Assembly: GCA_963750255.1 (NCBI GenBank)
Contig: CAVVPZ010000009.1
Span: forward strand, 48,038 to 112,037
Origin: an uncultured Actinomycetes bacterium
Lineage (GTDB): Bacteria; Actinomycetota; Acidimicrobiia; Acidimicrobiales; CADCTF01
Direction: 5' to 3'
Length of the DNA stretch: 64,000 nucleotides
Made by a program: the position numbers and the translations under genes. The notes under the pieces were generated by a model that saw only the letters and a program-made list of their open reading frames with translations, ran no database searches and had not been told where the DNA came from. Of the stretch, positions 1 to 8,893 are shown one piece after another. Every line of letters starts with the position of its first letter. The first letter of the stretch is position 1.

Positions 1-1547
1 ACCCGCTCACCCGACGGCGTGTTCTCGAACAAAACCTTCCCGTCTGGGCCCTCCACCTTGCGGATGAAGATCGGTGAGTGCCGGACTCCGTCGGCGGCAA
101 GGGTGGCGTAGACCGAGGCCATCTCGAGCGGGGACACTTCGCCAGTCCCGAGCACGATGGAGGGAACTGAGGGCAGCGGCCGGCCTACGCCGAGCGACTT
201 GGCCATGGCAACGAGCTTCTCCGGGCCGAGAGCCAGCGCCAGGCGGGCGTAGGCGCAGTTCGACGATCGCACGGTCGCTTCGCGCAGCGTGGTGACGAGT
301 ACCTCTCCGCTCCCACCTTCGTAGTTGTCGACGTTCCACGTCGGTTCGGGCGCTCCGGGGGTGTCGAACGAGCAGGGAGCGGTGGCGTCCACGAGGTCGT
401 CGGGGGAGTGACCGGCCGCCAGCCAGGCGGCCAAGGCGACCGTCTTGAACGACGATCCCGCTTGCCGGGCGCCTTGGGTGGCGAGGTTGTACTTGGCCGT
501 GGCGAAGTCGGCGCCACCGACGAGGGCACGCACCGCCCCGTCGCTGGGGTCGATGGAGACCAGAGCGGCGGTGAACGGGCTGTCGGGCAGCGTCGAATGC
601 ACCGCGTCTTCTGCCATCCGCTGCAGTCCGGGATCGAGGGTGGTGTAGACGCGTATCCCACCGCGAAAGACGGTGGCCGAACGTTCCGCTGGAGTCTTCC
701 CAAGCCTGGGGTCGGCCAGCAGTTGGCGCCGAACTTCTTCGGTGAAGTAATCGTCGGGCTGGGCGGCGTCGCGCACGATCGTGGTCGGGAGCGGCTCCTG
801 CTCGGCGGCGTCGGCAACGGTCGGGTCGATCATGCGCTGGGACACCATGCGCCGGAGCACGTGGGCGCGCCTCGCCCGCGCCGCGTCGGGACGCCGGATG
901 GGGTCGTAGCCCTGTGGGCTCGAGATCATCCCGGCCAGCAAGGCGGACTCGGCCAAGTCGAGATCGGCGACGTTCTTGGCGAAGAACCGATTGGCCGCTG
1001 CCTGCACCCCGTACGCACCCTGGCCGAAGTACACCGTGTTGAGGTAGCGCTGGAGGATCTCGTCCTTGGTCATCTCGTGTTCGACTCGGATGGCCAGCAC
1101 GGCCTCTTTGGCCTTGCGGTCGTACGACCGATCGGCGCTGAGGATGCTGTTCTTCACCAATTGTTGGGTGATCGTGGAGCCACCTTCGGCGACGGCGCCG
1201 GTCGTGAGGTTGGCCTTTGCCGCCCGAACCATCCCCCGCACGCTGATGCCGTCGTGCTCGTAGAACGAGGCGTCCTCCACGGCGATCACAGCGTCGGCCA
1301 GATCCTTCGGTACGTGGTCGAGGCCGACCCGGACCCTGTCTTCGTCGTACATCGCCGAGAGCAGCGAACCGTCTGCGGCCAGAATCTCGCTGCGCTGGGC
1401 CAGCGGACGGAGTTCGATGTCTGGAAGTCCGTCGTGGATCGTCGCCGCCCGCACCGTTCCGGCGCCGATCACCGTCAGGCCGAGACCGCCGGCGAGCACG
1501 GCGGTGGCGACCACGATCGCCGCGACCGCTCGACACAACCAGCCCAT
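1..1547 (-). CDS. Class A penicillin-binding protein (transglycosylase/transpeptidase), 3' end outside window
   Basis: Manual translation from ATG at 1547 (not in the ORF track because it runs off the edge): N-terminal TM, EDASFYEHDG, GGSTITQQLVKN, RKAKE, YLNTVYFGQGAYG, then transpeptidase SxxK (GSSFK) and SxN (SSN). Confidence 0.95.
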   Translation of the reverse strand, partial: MGWLCRAVAAIVVATAVLAGGLGLTVIGAGTVRAATIHDGLPDIELRPLAQRSEILAADGSLLSAMYDEDRVRVGLDHVPKDLADAVIAVEDASFYEHDGISVRGMVRAAKANLTTGAVAEGGSTITQQLVKNSILSADRSYDRKAKEAVLAIRVEHEMTKDEILQRYLNTVYFGQGAYGVQAAANRFFAKNVADLDLAESALLAGMISSPQGYDPIRRPDAARARRAHVLRRMVSQRMIDPTVADAAEQEPLPTTIVRDAAQPDDYFTEEVRRQLLADPRLGKTPAERSATVFRGGIRVYTTLDPGLQRMAEDAVHSTLPDSPFTAALVSIDPSDGAVRALVGGADFATAKYNLATQGARQAGSSFKTVALAAWLAAGHSPDDLVDATAPCSFDTPGAPEPTWNVDNYEGGSGEVLVTTLREATVRSSNCAYARLALALGPEKLVAMAKSLGVGRPLPSVPSIVLGTGEVSPLEMASVYATLAADGVRHSPIFIRKVEGPDGKVLFENTPSGER

Positions 1548-1599
1548 GGCGGGCGTGTACCCGATCCGCGATTCGGTAACCCAAAGGTGGTCCTATAGG

Positions 1600-1824
1600 T
1601 CAACGGTCGACGATGAGGCGAGGCATGCCGTCGGTGACGACCAGCGTGCCGGGAAGGCCGAGCAACATGATCGGATCGTCGCCGAGATGGGGGCCGAGAA
1701 TGGCGACGACCTCGCCCTTGTCCGGACCCGCGACCATCGTGACCTGCACGCGAATCGTCGCGTCGTCGACGGTTTCGGCATCAACGATGAAGACGTCATA
1801 GCGGCCGTCGGGCAGAGGGTTCAT
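1600..1824 (-). CDS. Small hypothetical protein (74 aa)
   Basis: Globular, beta-rich composition (GRYDVFIVDAE...GLPGTLVV); fills the gap co-directionally with the PBP gene. Confidence 0.7.
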   Translation of the reverse strand: MNPLPDGRYDVFIVDAETVDDATIRVQVTMVAGPDKGEVVAILGPHLGDDPIMLLGLPGTLVVTDGMPRLIVDR

Positions 1825-1831
1825 GACCGCA

Positions 1832-1894
1832 AACCCTTACAGACAAAGGGATTGCGATGGATCGGTGGTCCAGAACCCTTGTGGCACAAGGGTT
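1832..1894. promoter_or_regulatory. Two related palindromes AACCCTT-N7-AAGGG(A/T)T upstream of HU
   Basis: aacccttacagacaaagggat (1832-1852) and aacccttgtggcacaagggtt (1874-1894; extends to a perfect 13-bp IR at 1871-1897). Confidence 0.55.
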
Positions 1895-1994
1895 CTGTGG
1901 CCCGCAGAACACGGAGAATGCTTGACCTTGGAGGGCAAAACCTCTTTCATTGCAACAACTTCCTCAACTTCCCCCAACACGCCAGGAGGTGGCG

Positions 1995-2342
1995 GTGAAC
2001 AAAGGTGAGCTCATCGAGTCGATCGCGGAGCGGTCCGGACTCGACAAGCGCCAGGCGGAGGGTGCGCTGCAAGCCTTCGTCGACGCCGTCGTGGAATCGA
2101 CCAAGGGTGGCGACCGAGTCGCCATCCTCGGCTTCGGGTCGTTCAACCCGACGTCGCGTGGTGCCCGTACAGGCCGGAATCCGCAGACCGGCGAGCCGGT
2201 GAAGATCGCGGCCTCGAAAGGGGTGCGGTTCGCACCGGGCACGGCGTTCAAGGCTGCCCTGAACACCAAGGGCGGAGCCAAGAAGGCAACAGCAGCGAAA
2301 GCTTCGGCCAAGAAGGCCACCAAGTCCACCAAGAAGAAGTAG
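1995..2342 (+). CDS. hup: HU family DNA-binding protein with short K/A tail
   Basis: AGGAGG RBS then GTG; MNKGELIE...GFGSF...[26 protein letters not shown] is the HU signature. Confidence 0.97.
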   Translation: MNKGELIESIAERSGLDKRQAEGALQAFVDAVVESTKGGDRVAILGFGSFNPTSRGARTGRNPQTGEPVKIAASKGVRFAPGTAFKAALNTKGGAKKATAAKASAKKATKSTKKK

Positions 2343-2366
2343 CGAGCGAAAGGCCACACGCCACCC

Positions 2367-2750
2367 ATGAGTCCTGCAGCCAAGAAGGCCGCACCATCGG
2401 CCAAGAAGTCGGCAGCCAAGAAAGCAAGCCCGGCGAAAAAGACGTCCGCGGCGAAGAAGACGACGGCCAAGAAGGCGCCGGCGAAGAAGTCGACAGCCAA
2501 GAAGTCGACAGCCAAGAAGGCCCCGGCCCGCAAGGCTCCGGCCAAGAAGACAGCGGCGAAGAAGGCTCCTGCGAAGAAGTCGTCCGCCGCCAAGAAGACG
2601 TCCGCCGCCAAGAAGACGACGGCCAAGAAGGCTCCGGCGAAGAAGACAGCGGCGAAGAAGGCTCCGGCCAAGAAGTCGTCGGCGGCCAAGAAGGCCCCGG
2701 CCCGGAAGGCTTCGGCCAAGAAGGCTCCGGCCCGAAAGAGCGCGCGCTGA
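2367..2750 (+). CDS. Histone H1-like K/A/P-rich protein (PAKK/KKTAAKK repeats)
   Basis: 127 aa almost entirely K, A, P, S and T, with consistent AAG/GCC codon use; followed by a terminator hairpin. Confidence 0.85.
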   Translation: MSPAAKKAAPSAKKSAAKKASPAKKTSAAKKTTAKKAPAKKSTAKKSTAKKAPARKAPAKKTAAKKAPAKKSSAAKKTSAAKKTTAKKAPAKKTAAKKAPAKKSSAAKKAPARKASAKKAPARKSAR

Positions 2751-2785
2751 CACCACGTCGGCCTCGTTCCGGCAGGACATGCGAT

Positions 2786-2815
2786 CAGGGGGGGCCCATG
2801 AGCCCCCCCTGTTTC
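2786..2815 (+). terminator. Intrinsic terminator-like hairpin
   Basis: caggggggg-cccatgag-ccccccctg followed by tttc. Confidence 0.7.
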
Positions 2816-3031
2816 GCGCCTAGAGGTCGCCGGCGTTCTGGGCGGGTTGAACGACCGATGCGGTGGTTGATCCCGCCCAGAACGAGGTCCCGTGCGGACC
2901 ACGGTGTAGGTCGCGGTGGTGAGAAGGAACCAGGCCTCCTCGACCACGCGGCGGATCCGACGGATCGATGAGCGGTCTATCGCGCGCCGCCAACGATCGC
3001 GAGCACCTACGCCGGGTCTTTCCGCTCCCTG

Positions 3032-3766
3032 CTAGAGGTCGCGCATCACCTTGAACGCTTCACCGAGTGCGACGCCGGCGCGGGCGCCGTGCTCGGCCAG
3101 ACGCTGTTGCATTCGGTCGGCGAACGCCGCCCGCTGGTCGGCGGATTCGGCGTCGTCGATGGCCATGGTGGAGCGCAGTTGGCTCTCGTGGGCCAACAGG
3201 GCTGCGAGTTTTGCGTCGGCGTGTGCTGTCTCGACCGTTTCGACGTGATCGACCTCGTCGGCCTCCCATAGCAACAACGTCGAGGGACGATGATGGGGCA
3301 GTTGTTGTTCGGGAAAGAAGTGGGGGTCGCGTGCGGCGACGATGCCTTCGACGGCGAGATAGCCGGCGTGGCGGTGGTCGGGATGGAGTCGATACCGACG
3401 CCAAGGATCGTGACCGAGGACGACATCGGGCCGGTACTTGCGAATCCAATACGCGACTTGCCACCGCTGGCGAAGGCCGGATTCGAGTTCGCCATCGGGC
3501 CAACCCAAGAAGACGCATTCCCCCGTCCCGCCGAGAGCACGCGACGCGCCGCGTTGCTCTTCTTGGCGCAACGAGACGAGACGGGCTTGGTCTTCGTCGG
3601 GATCCCATGACCCCTTCGATCCGTCGGTGCACACGACGTGCACGAGTTCGCATCCGGCCGCCGCCCATTTTGCCAGCGTGGCTCCGGCTCCGAACTCGAT
3701 GTCGTCGGGATGTGCGGCAATGGCCAAGGCGCGGCGGGGAGTGTCGAGATCCGTGCTGACGTCCAT
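3032..3766 (-). CDS. PIG-L/LmbE family deacetylase
   Basis: AHPDDIE and HPDH zinc motifs; GAGGAG RBS before ATG 3766. Confidence 0.93.
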   Translation of the reverse strand: MDVSTDLDTPRRALAIAAHPDDIEFGAGATLAKWAAAGCELVHVVCTDGSKGSWDPDEDQARLVSLRQEEQRGASRALGGTGECVFLGWPDGELESGLRQRWQVAYWIRKYRPDVVLGHDPWRRYRLHPDHRHAGYLAVEGIVAARDPHFFPEQQLPHHRPSTLLLWEADEVDHVETVETAHADAKLAALLAHESQLRSTMAIDDAESADQRAAFADRMQQRLAEHGARAGVALGEAFKVMRDL

Positions 3767-3783
3767 GGAGTTGGCTCCTCGAT

Positions 3784-4380
3784 TCAGGTGACGAGTGGGT
3801 GGGCCGGGCGCCCGGTGGCTTCGGTGAGGTCCTCGGGAGTGTCGACGTCCCACTGGAGATCGGCCAATCGAACGACGCGGTACTCGACGCGAAGACGATC
3901 TGCCTCGTGGCGGTGCTGGGCGAACGATGCGGCGCCGTAGGCGAACGTGAAGTCCGACGCCGCGGCGGGAAGCACCAACACGTTGGTGCCGTCGTCGTGG
4001 CGATCGGGCACGAGCGTGATGCCATTGAAGCCAAGGAGTCGCTCGAAACTCCCTGCCATCGGAAGGTCGCCATGGGCGACGACCACCGAGGCCGCGCCGG
4101 TGTGAAAGAGGTGGTCGACCCCGCGCCGGACCGAGCCGTTGAGGTCGAGACCGGTCGTGTCGATGACGGCTGCGCCGAGCTCCTCGGCCCACGACGCGAC
4201 CTCTGGGTCGTCGCAGGCGATGGCGACGGATAGGGGAGCGGCGGCGGCGACGACTCGTTCGGCCATCGCTCGGGCCAGTTGTGCCCGGGCCGCCCCGTCG
4301 AGGGCAGGGGCCAGTCTGGCCTTGGCGGCGGCGAAGGCCTTGACCGGGATCAGCACCACGGCGTCGAGGCCTTCGTCCAC
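3784..4380 (-). CDS. cofC: 2-phospho-L-lactate/PEP guanylyltransferase (F420 biosynthesis)
   Basis: IPVKAFAAAKARL, HGDLP, GTNVL, FAYGAASF and DVDTPEDL motifs; adjacent to gpsA as in other actinobacteria. Confidence 0.92.
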   Translation of the reverse strand: MDEGLDAVVLIPVKAFAAAKARLAPALDGAARAQLARAMAERVVAAAAPLSVAIACDDPEVASWAEELGAAVIDTTGLDLNGSVRRGVDHLFHTGAASVVVAHGDLPMAGSFERLLGFNGITLVPDRHDDGTNVLVLPAAASDFTFAYGAASFAQHRHEADRLRVEYRVVRLADLQWDVDTPEDLTEATGRPAHPLVT

Positions 4381-4446
4381 CCCTGGAGTCTACGGGCCGC
4401 CTCCGGGGCGGCCGGCGGGCCGAAAAGCTTCGCTAGCGTGCGCTGC

Positions 4447-5460
4447 ATGACGAAGGTGGCCGTGATCGGTGCCGGTTCGTGGGGCACCGCCGTCGCCGCG
4501 ATCACGGCGGGCAACGTGCCGACGTGGCTGTGGGCCCGCCGTAGCGAGCTGGCCCGCCAGATCGACACCGACCATTGCAACGGCTCGTACCTGCCCGACC
4601 TGCATCTCCCCGATGCGCTCCGGGGTACCGACGATCTCGAGGAGGCGGTGTCGGGCGCTGATGTGGTTGTTCTCGGCGTGCCGTCACACGGGTTCCGGTC
4701 AGTCCTCGCCGACGCGGCGCCGTTCGTCCCGAACGGCGTCCCGGTCATCAGCCTTACCAAGGGAGTCGAGCAAGGCACGCTGCGGCGCATGACCGAGGTC
4801 GTGGGCGAGCTTCTGCCAGGTCATCCCGCCGGCGTGCTCACGGGGCCCAACCTGGCCCGCGAGATCGTGGCCGGCCATCCGGCCGCCAGCGTGGTCGCAT
4901 TGGGCGACGAGTCGGCCTGTGCCGAGTTGCAGCGAATCTTCAGCTCCGAATCCTTTCGCGTCTACACCAACCCCGATGTGATCGGTTGTGAGGTCGCGGG
5001 AGCGTTGAAGAACGTCATGGCGATCGCCTCGGGCATGGCCGACGGCATGGGGTTCGGTGACAACACGCGTGCCGCCTTGATCACCCGTGGTCTGGCCGAA
5101 CTCACTCGCCTCGGTGTCGCACTCGGCGGTCAGCCCATGACGTTTTCGGGCCTCGCGGGGATGGGTGACCTCGTGGCGACCTGCATCAGTCCCCAGAGCC
5201 GCAATCGCCACGTCGGCGAGCAGTTGGGCAAGGGCCGCGTGATCGACGACATCGTGACGGAGATGAAGATGGTCGCCGAAGGGGTCAAGACGTCGAGAGC
5301 GGTCGTCGAGTTGGCCGCGGTGCACGGCCTGGAGATGCCCATCGCCGAGCAGGTCGTGGCCGTGCTCTACGAGGGCAAGACAGCCGCCGATGTGATTCCG
5401 GCGCTGATGCGGCGCCAGTCGAAAGCCGAGCTGCACGGCATCGACGCCCCTACTTCGTGA
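4447..5460 (+). CDS. gpsA: NAD(P)H-dependent glycerol-3-phosphate dehydrogenase
   Basis: GAGSWGTA, GPNLARE, GALKNVMA, GLAGMGDLVATC, SRN, VAEGV. Confidence 0.97.
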   Translation: MTKVAVIGAGSWGTAVAAITAGNVPTWLWARRSELARQIDTDHCNGSYLPDLHLPDALRGTDDLEEAVSGADVVVLGVPSHGFRSVLADAAPFVPNGVPVISLTKGVEQGTLRRMTEVVGELLPGHPAGVLTGPNLAREIVAGHPAASVVALGDESACAELQRIFSSESFRVYTNPDVIGCEVAGALKNVMAIASGMADGMGFGDNTRAALITRGLAELTRLGVALGGQPMTFSGLAGMGDLVATCISPQSRNRHVGEQLGKGRVIDDIVTEMKMVAEGVKTSRAVVELAAVHGLEMPIAEQVVAVLYEGKTAADVIPALMRRQSKAELHGIDAPTS

Positions 5461-7796
5461 GCGCGAAGAGCTGGGCCCTCCGGCGGCTCATGGGCCGCCT
5501 GCGCATCACCGACGACACCGTGCGTCACCTGACCACCTTCCAACGGCTGGGCGAAACCGTCGAGGTCGAGATGCCGACCGAGCTCCTGCCCGTCGGCGCT
5601 CGGACGGTGTTCCGAGCGGTGCGCACTCGGGCCGCCGCCCAGCTGGGCGTTGATTGGGTGTGGCCCCACTGGCTCGAGCGGCAACTGGACCCCCGGAGCC
5701 CCGCCTTCGTGCCCCGCGGCCATCTGCCGGTGCTCACCAACGTGACGCTGCGCAACTGGACGGCGGTTGGCACGGTCGGGTCGACCACCAAAGCCATCGT
5801 CGACCCTCGTGGTCTGGTCACGCCGTGGTACGACGGCTGGTCGCTCGACTGGTGGATCGGGGCCGAGGACCGCTGGCACTTCCCCTCGCGGGAGGCGGCC
5901 GTCCGTCAACAACTCGTCGAGGACACGCCCGTGGTCGAGACGGCGATGCGGGTGCCGGGAGGTGACGCCGTCCAGCGCGTCTACGCCGTGCCTGGTGACG
6001 ACGGGCCGCTCGTGGTGGTCGAGATCACCAATCGAACGCCCACGCCGTTCGCGGTGGCCCTCGGCGTGCGTCCCTACAACCCTGAGGGGCTGGCCGTCGT
6101 GGAGACGGTCGGTCTCGTCGATCGAACCGTCACGGTCGATGGTCGCCCTGCGCTCTTGTTGCCGAGGGCTCCGCAGCGGATGGCGGCGTCGACCTTCCAC
6201 GACGGCGACGCAGCCCAGATCGTCACGTCGGGCCAAGCCGGCGAATCGCTGCCGAAGGATCTGCGTTGCGAGGCGGGGCTGGCCACGGCCGCGTTCTTGT
6301 TTCCGTTGGCGCACACGGCGACGCTCCGGATCGCCATTCCCCTCGACGCCGAACGGCGGACGCGTCGTCGGGGCCTCGCCCGCCGGCGTGTCGAGCGGAT
6401 GCCCGACCACCCGAAGGGACTCACGGCCAGCGATCTCGTGGTCAAGGGGTGGCGGGCGCAGACCGAGAACCGTGGGTTGCGACTCGTCGTCCCCGAGGGC
6501 CGATTGTCGTCGGCCATCGAGGCCAATCGGCGGTTCCTGCTCCTGTTCCACGAGGGCCACGACGTCGTGCCGGGTCCGTTCACCTATCACCGGTTCTGGT
6601 TCCGCGACGCCGCGTATCTGCTCGGTGCGCTCGATCGGTTCGGCTTCCACCGCGAGTCGGCCGAAGTGATCGCCGGCTTCGGTGACCGGCTGCGAGTCGA
6701 CGGGTTCTACTTCTCCCAGCGCCAAGAGTGGGACGCCAACGGGGCCGCGCTGTCGGCGATGGCCGAGCACTGGCGGCTGACTGGGTCGATGGGCGACGTC
6801 GATCTCGACGACGTCGAGAAGGCCATCCGGTGGATCGAACGCAAGCGCCACAGCCGTCGCCGCCGCAAGGACCCGGCGCTCCGGGGGTTGATGCCGGCGA
6901 GCATCTCCGCCGAGCACCTCGGCCCGTTCGACTACTTCTACTGGGACGACTTCTGGTCGCTGCGCGGGTTGCTCGACGGTGCTGCGCTGTTGCGGGCCGG
7001 CGGTCGCGCACGATCAGCCGACGACGGCGACTCCTGGGCGGCCGGCCTTCGGCGCGACCTCGAGGCGTCCATGACCATCGTCGCCGAGCGCCTCGGGAGC
7101 GACGTGTTGCCGGCCGGGCCTCGGCGGCGAATCGACCCGGGCATCATCGGCACGTTGGTGGCATGCGAGCCGCTCGGGCTATTTGCCGCCGACCATCCCG
7201 CGATCGCGGCCACGGCCGAAGCCGTGCGAGAGCGGTTCTGTATCGGTCCCGCCTTCTACCAAGGCATCAGCCATACCGGCCTCGGCACCTACCTCACGCT
7301 GCAGTTGGCCGCCGTCGAACTCGCGGCGGGTGATCCTCGCTGCCTCGAACGTCTTGCATGGATGGTCGACGCGGCGACGCCCACGTTCACCTGGCCCGAG
7401 GCGATCCACCCCGGACTCGGTGGGGGCTGCATGGGCGACGGACATCACGGCTGGGCCGCGGCCGACTTCCTCTCGCTCGTCCGGCAGTTGCTCGTCCGAG
7501 AGGTCGACGCCGGGCTCGACCTGTGCTCGATGCTGCCCGAGGCGTGGATGGGGCAGAACCTCGAGGTGCACGACGCGCCCACCCACTTCGGGCCGATCTC
7601 GTTCGCCGTCCGGTGGCACGGCGATCGGCCGGCACTCCTGTGGGACCTCCGCTCCCGAGGCGACGCTCCCGTAAGGCTCCGGGCGCCGGGCCTCGATTCG
7701 TCGTGGTCGACCACCGAGGCAAAGGGCGAGGCCTTGCTGGCCGCGGGCGCGCTGACTCGGCCGACCGTGATCAGCGAGGAGGGGTCGTTTTCATGA
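5457..7796 (+). CDS. Six-hairpin (alpha/alpha)6 glycosidase-like protein
   Basis: GTGA overlap with gpsA; FWFRDAAY, QEWDANG, YWDDFW and HHGWAAA resemble inverting (alpha/alpha)6 hydrolases; C-terminal APTHFG beta-domain. Substrate unknown. Confidence 0.65.
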   Translation: MSAKSWALRRLMGRLRITDDTVRHLTTFQRLGETVEVEMPTELLPVGARTVFRAVRTRAAAQLGVDWVWPHWLERQLDPRSPAFVPRGHLPVLTNVTLRNWTAVGTVGSTTKAIVDPRGLVTPWYDGWSLDWWIGAEDRWHFPSREAAVRQQLVEDTPVVETAMRVPGGDAVQRVYAVPGDDGPLVVVEITNRTPTPFAVALGVRPYNPEGLAVVETVGLVDRTVTVDGRPALLLPRAPQRMAASTFHDGDAAQIVTSGQAGESLPKDLRCEAGLATAAFLFPLAHTATLRIAIPLDAERRTRRRGLARRRVERMPDHPKGLTASDLVVKGWRAQTENRGLRLVVPEGRLSSAIEANRRFLLLFHEGHDVVPGPFTYHRFWFRDAAYLLGALDRFGFHRESAEVIAGFGDRLRVDGFYFSQRQEWDANGAALSAMAEHWRLTGSMGDVDLDDVEKAIRWIERKRHSRRRRKDPALRGLMPASISAEHLGPFDYFYWDDFWSLRGLLDGAALLRAGGRARSADDGDSWAAGLRRDLEASMTIVAERLGSDVLPAGPRRRIDPGIIGTLVACEPLGLFAADHPAIAATAEAVRERFCIGPAFYQGISHTGLGTYLTLQLAAVELAAGDPRCLERLAWMVDAATPTFTWPEAIHPGLGGGCMGDGHHGWAAADFLSLVRQLLVREVDAGLDLCSMLPEAWMGQNLEVHDAPTHFGPISFAVRWHGDRPALLWDLRSRGDAPVRLRAPGLDSSWSTTEAKGEALLAAGALTRPTVISEEGSFS

Positions 7797-8887
7797 GCGA
7801 CGACGGCGAGCGACTCCTCCGAGAACAGGCCGACCGCCGCCTGCTCGACGCCGGCGTCGAGCAGCACGAGATCGATCATGCCCGCGATCAGGGTCTCTTG
7901 GGATTGTTGGCGTTGGCCGAGGCGGCGCTTCCCGGCGGGGGCCGCTATACCGGCGACGAGTTGGCGGCCAAGGTCGGTATGGATCGGGCTCTGTCCAAGC
8001 GACTCTGGCGGGCGATGGGGTTTCCCGATGTCGACGACGAGGACCGCGTCTTCACCGAGGCCGACGTCGAGGCGCTGTCGACGGTGAGTGCGTTGCTCTC
8101 TCTCGGCGTGACCGACGCCGAGACGTCGATCCAGCTCACGCGCGTCATCGGGTCTTCGATGGCGCGGGTGGCCGAGGCCATCGTCGGGGCGCGTGACGCC
8201 TCGTCGCCCGCCGAGGGGATCGACGGGCTCGACCGAGTGGTCGCCGTCAGCGACGACGTCATGGCACTGGCCGCTCCTGCATCCCTGAGCACGCAGAGTC
8301 AGTTGCTCGACTATGTCTGGCGGCGTCATCTCCAAGCCGCCGGCCGTCGCCGCATCATGGCCTCGGGCGAGCCCGGGCGGGGATCGACGGCGCTGGCCGT
8401 CGGGTTCGCCGACCTCGTGGGCTTCACGGCGCTGAGCCAGCAGGTGTCGCCCGGTGAGTTGGCACGTGTCGTCGACCGGTTCGAAGCTCTCGCCTTCGAC
8501 GAGGTGGCCCACCACGGCGGTCGGGTGGCGAAGATGATCGGCGACGAGGTCATGTTTGTCGTCGACACCCCGGGCGCTGCGTTGGAGACCGCACTCGCCC
8601 TCGCCGAGGCCTACGCCGACGACGACATCCTCTCCGACGTGCGAGTGGGATTGGCGTTCGGCGACGTCCTGGCCCGCGAGGGCGACTACTACGGGCCGGT
8701 GGTCAACCTCGCCAGCCGGATGGTCAACATCGCCATCCCCGGCGCGGTCGTGGTCTCCGACTCGATCCATGACGCGCTCGCGGGCGACACGCGTTACCTG
8801 TTCCACGCCCTTCGGCAGCGGTCGCTCAAGGACATCGGGCGAGTCCGTCTTTGGCGAGCCCGCCGCGGCCATCCGTCGGCGGGCTGA
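7793..8887 (+). CDS. Class III adenylate cyclase with N-terminal regulatory domain (Rv1264-like)
   Basis: ATGA overlap; LWRAMGFP regulatory segment, GFADLVGFT, KMIGDEVM, GDYYGPVVNLASR. Confidence 0.93.
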   Translation: MSDDGERLLREQADRRLLDAGVEQHEIDHARDQGLLGLLALAEAALPGGGRYTGDELAAKVGMDRALSKRLWRAMGFPDVDDEDRVFTEADVEALSTVSALLSLGVTDAETSIQLTRVIGSSMARVAEAIVGARDASSPAEGIDGLDRVVAVSDDVMALAAPASLSTQSQLLDYVWRRHLQAAGRRRIMASGEPGRGSTALAVGFADLVGFTALSQQVSPGELARVVDRFEALAFDEVAHHGGRVAKMIGDEVMFVVDTPGAALETALALAEAYADDDILSDVRVGLAFGDVLAREGDYYGPVVNLASRMVNIAIPGAVVVSDSIHDALAGDTRYLFHALRQRSLKDIGRVRLWRARRGHPSAG

Positions 8888-8893
8888 GTCGGT

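Noticed and set aside
1947..2947. Long antisense ORFs with FLAA / LLGR repeats
   Set aside because: Reverse-strand shadows of the Lys/Ala repeat genes.
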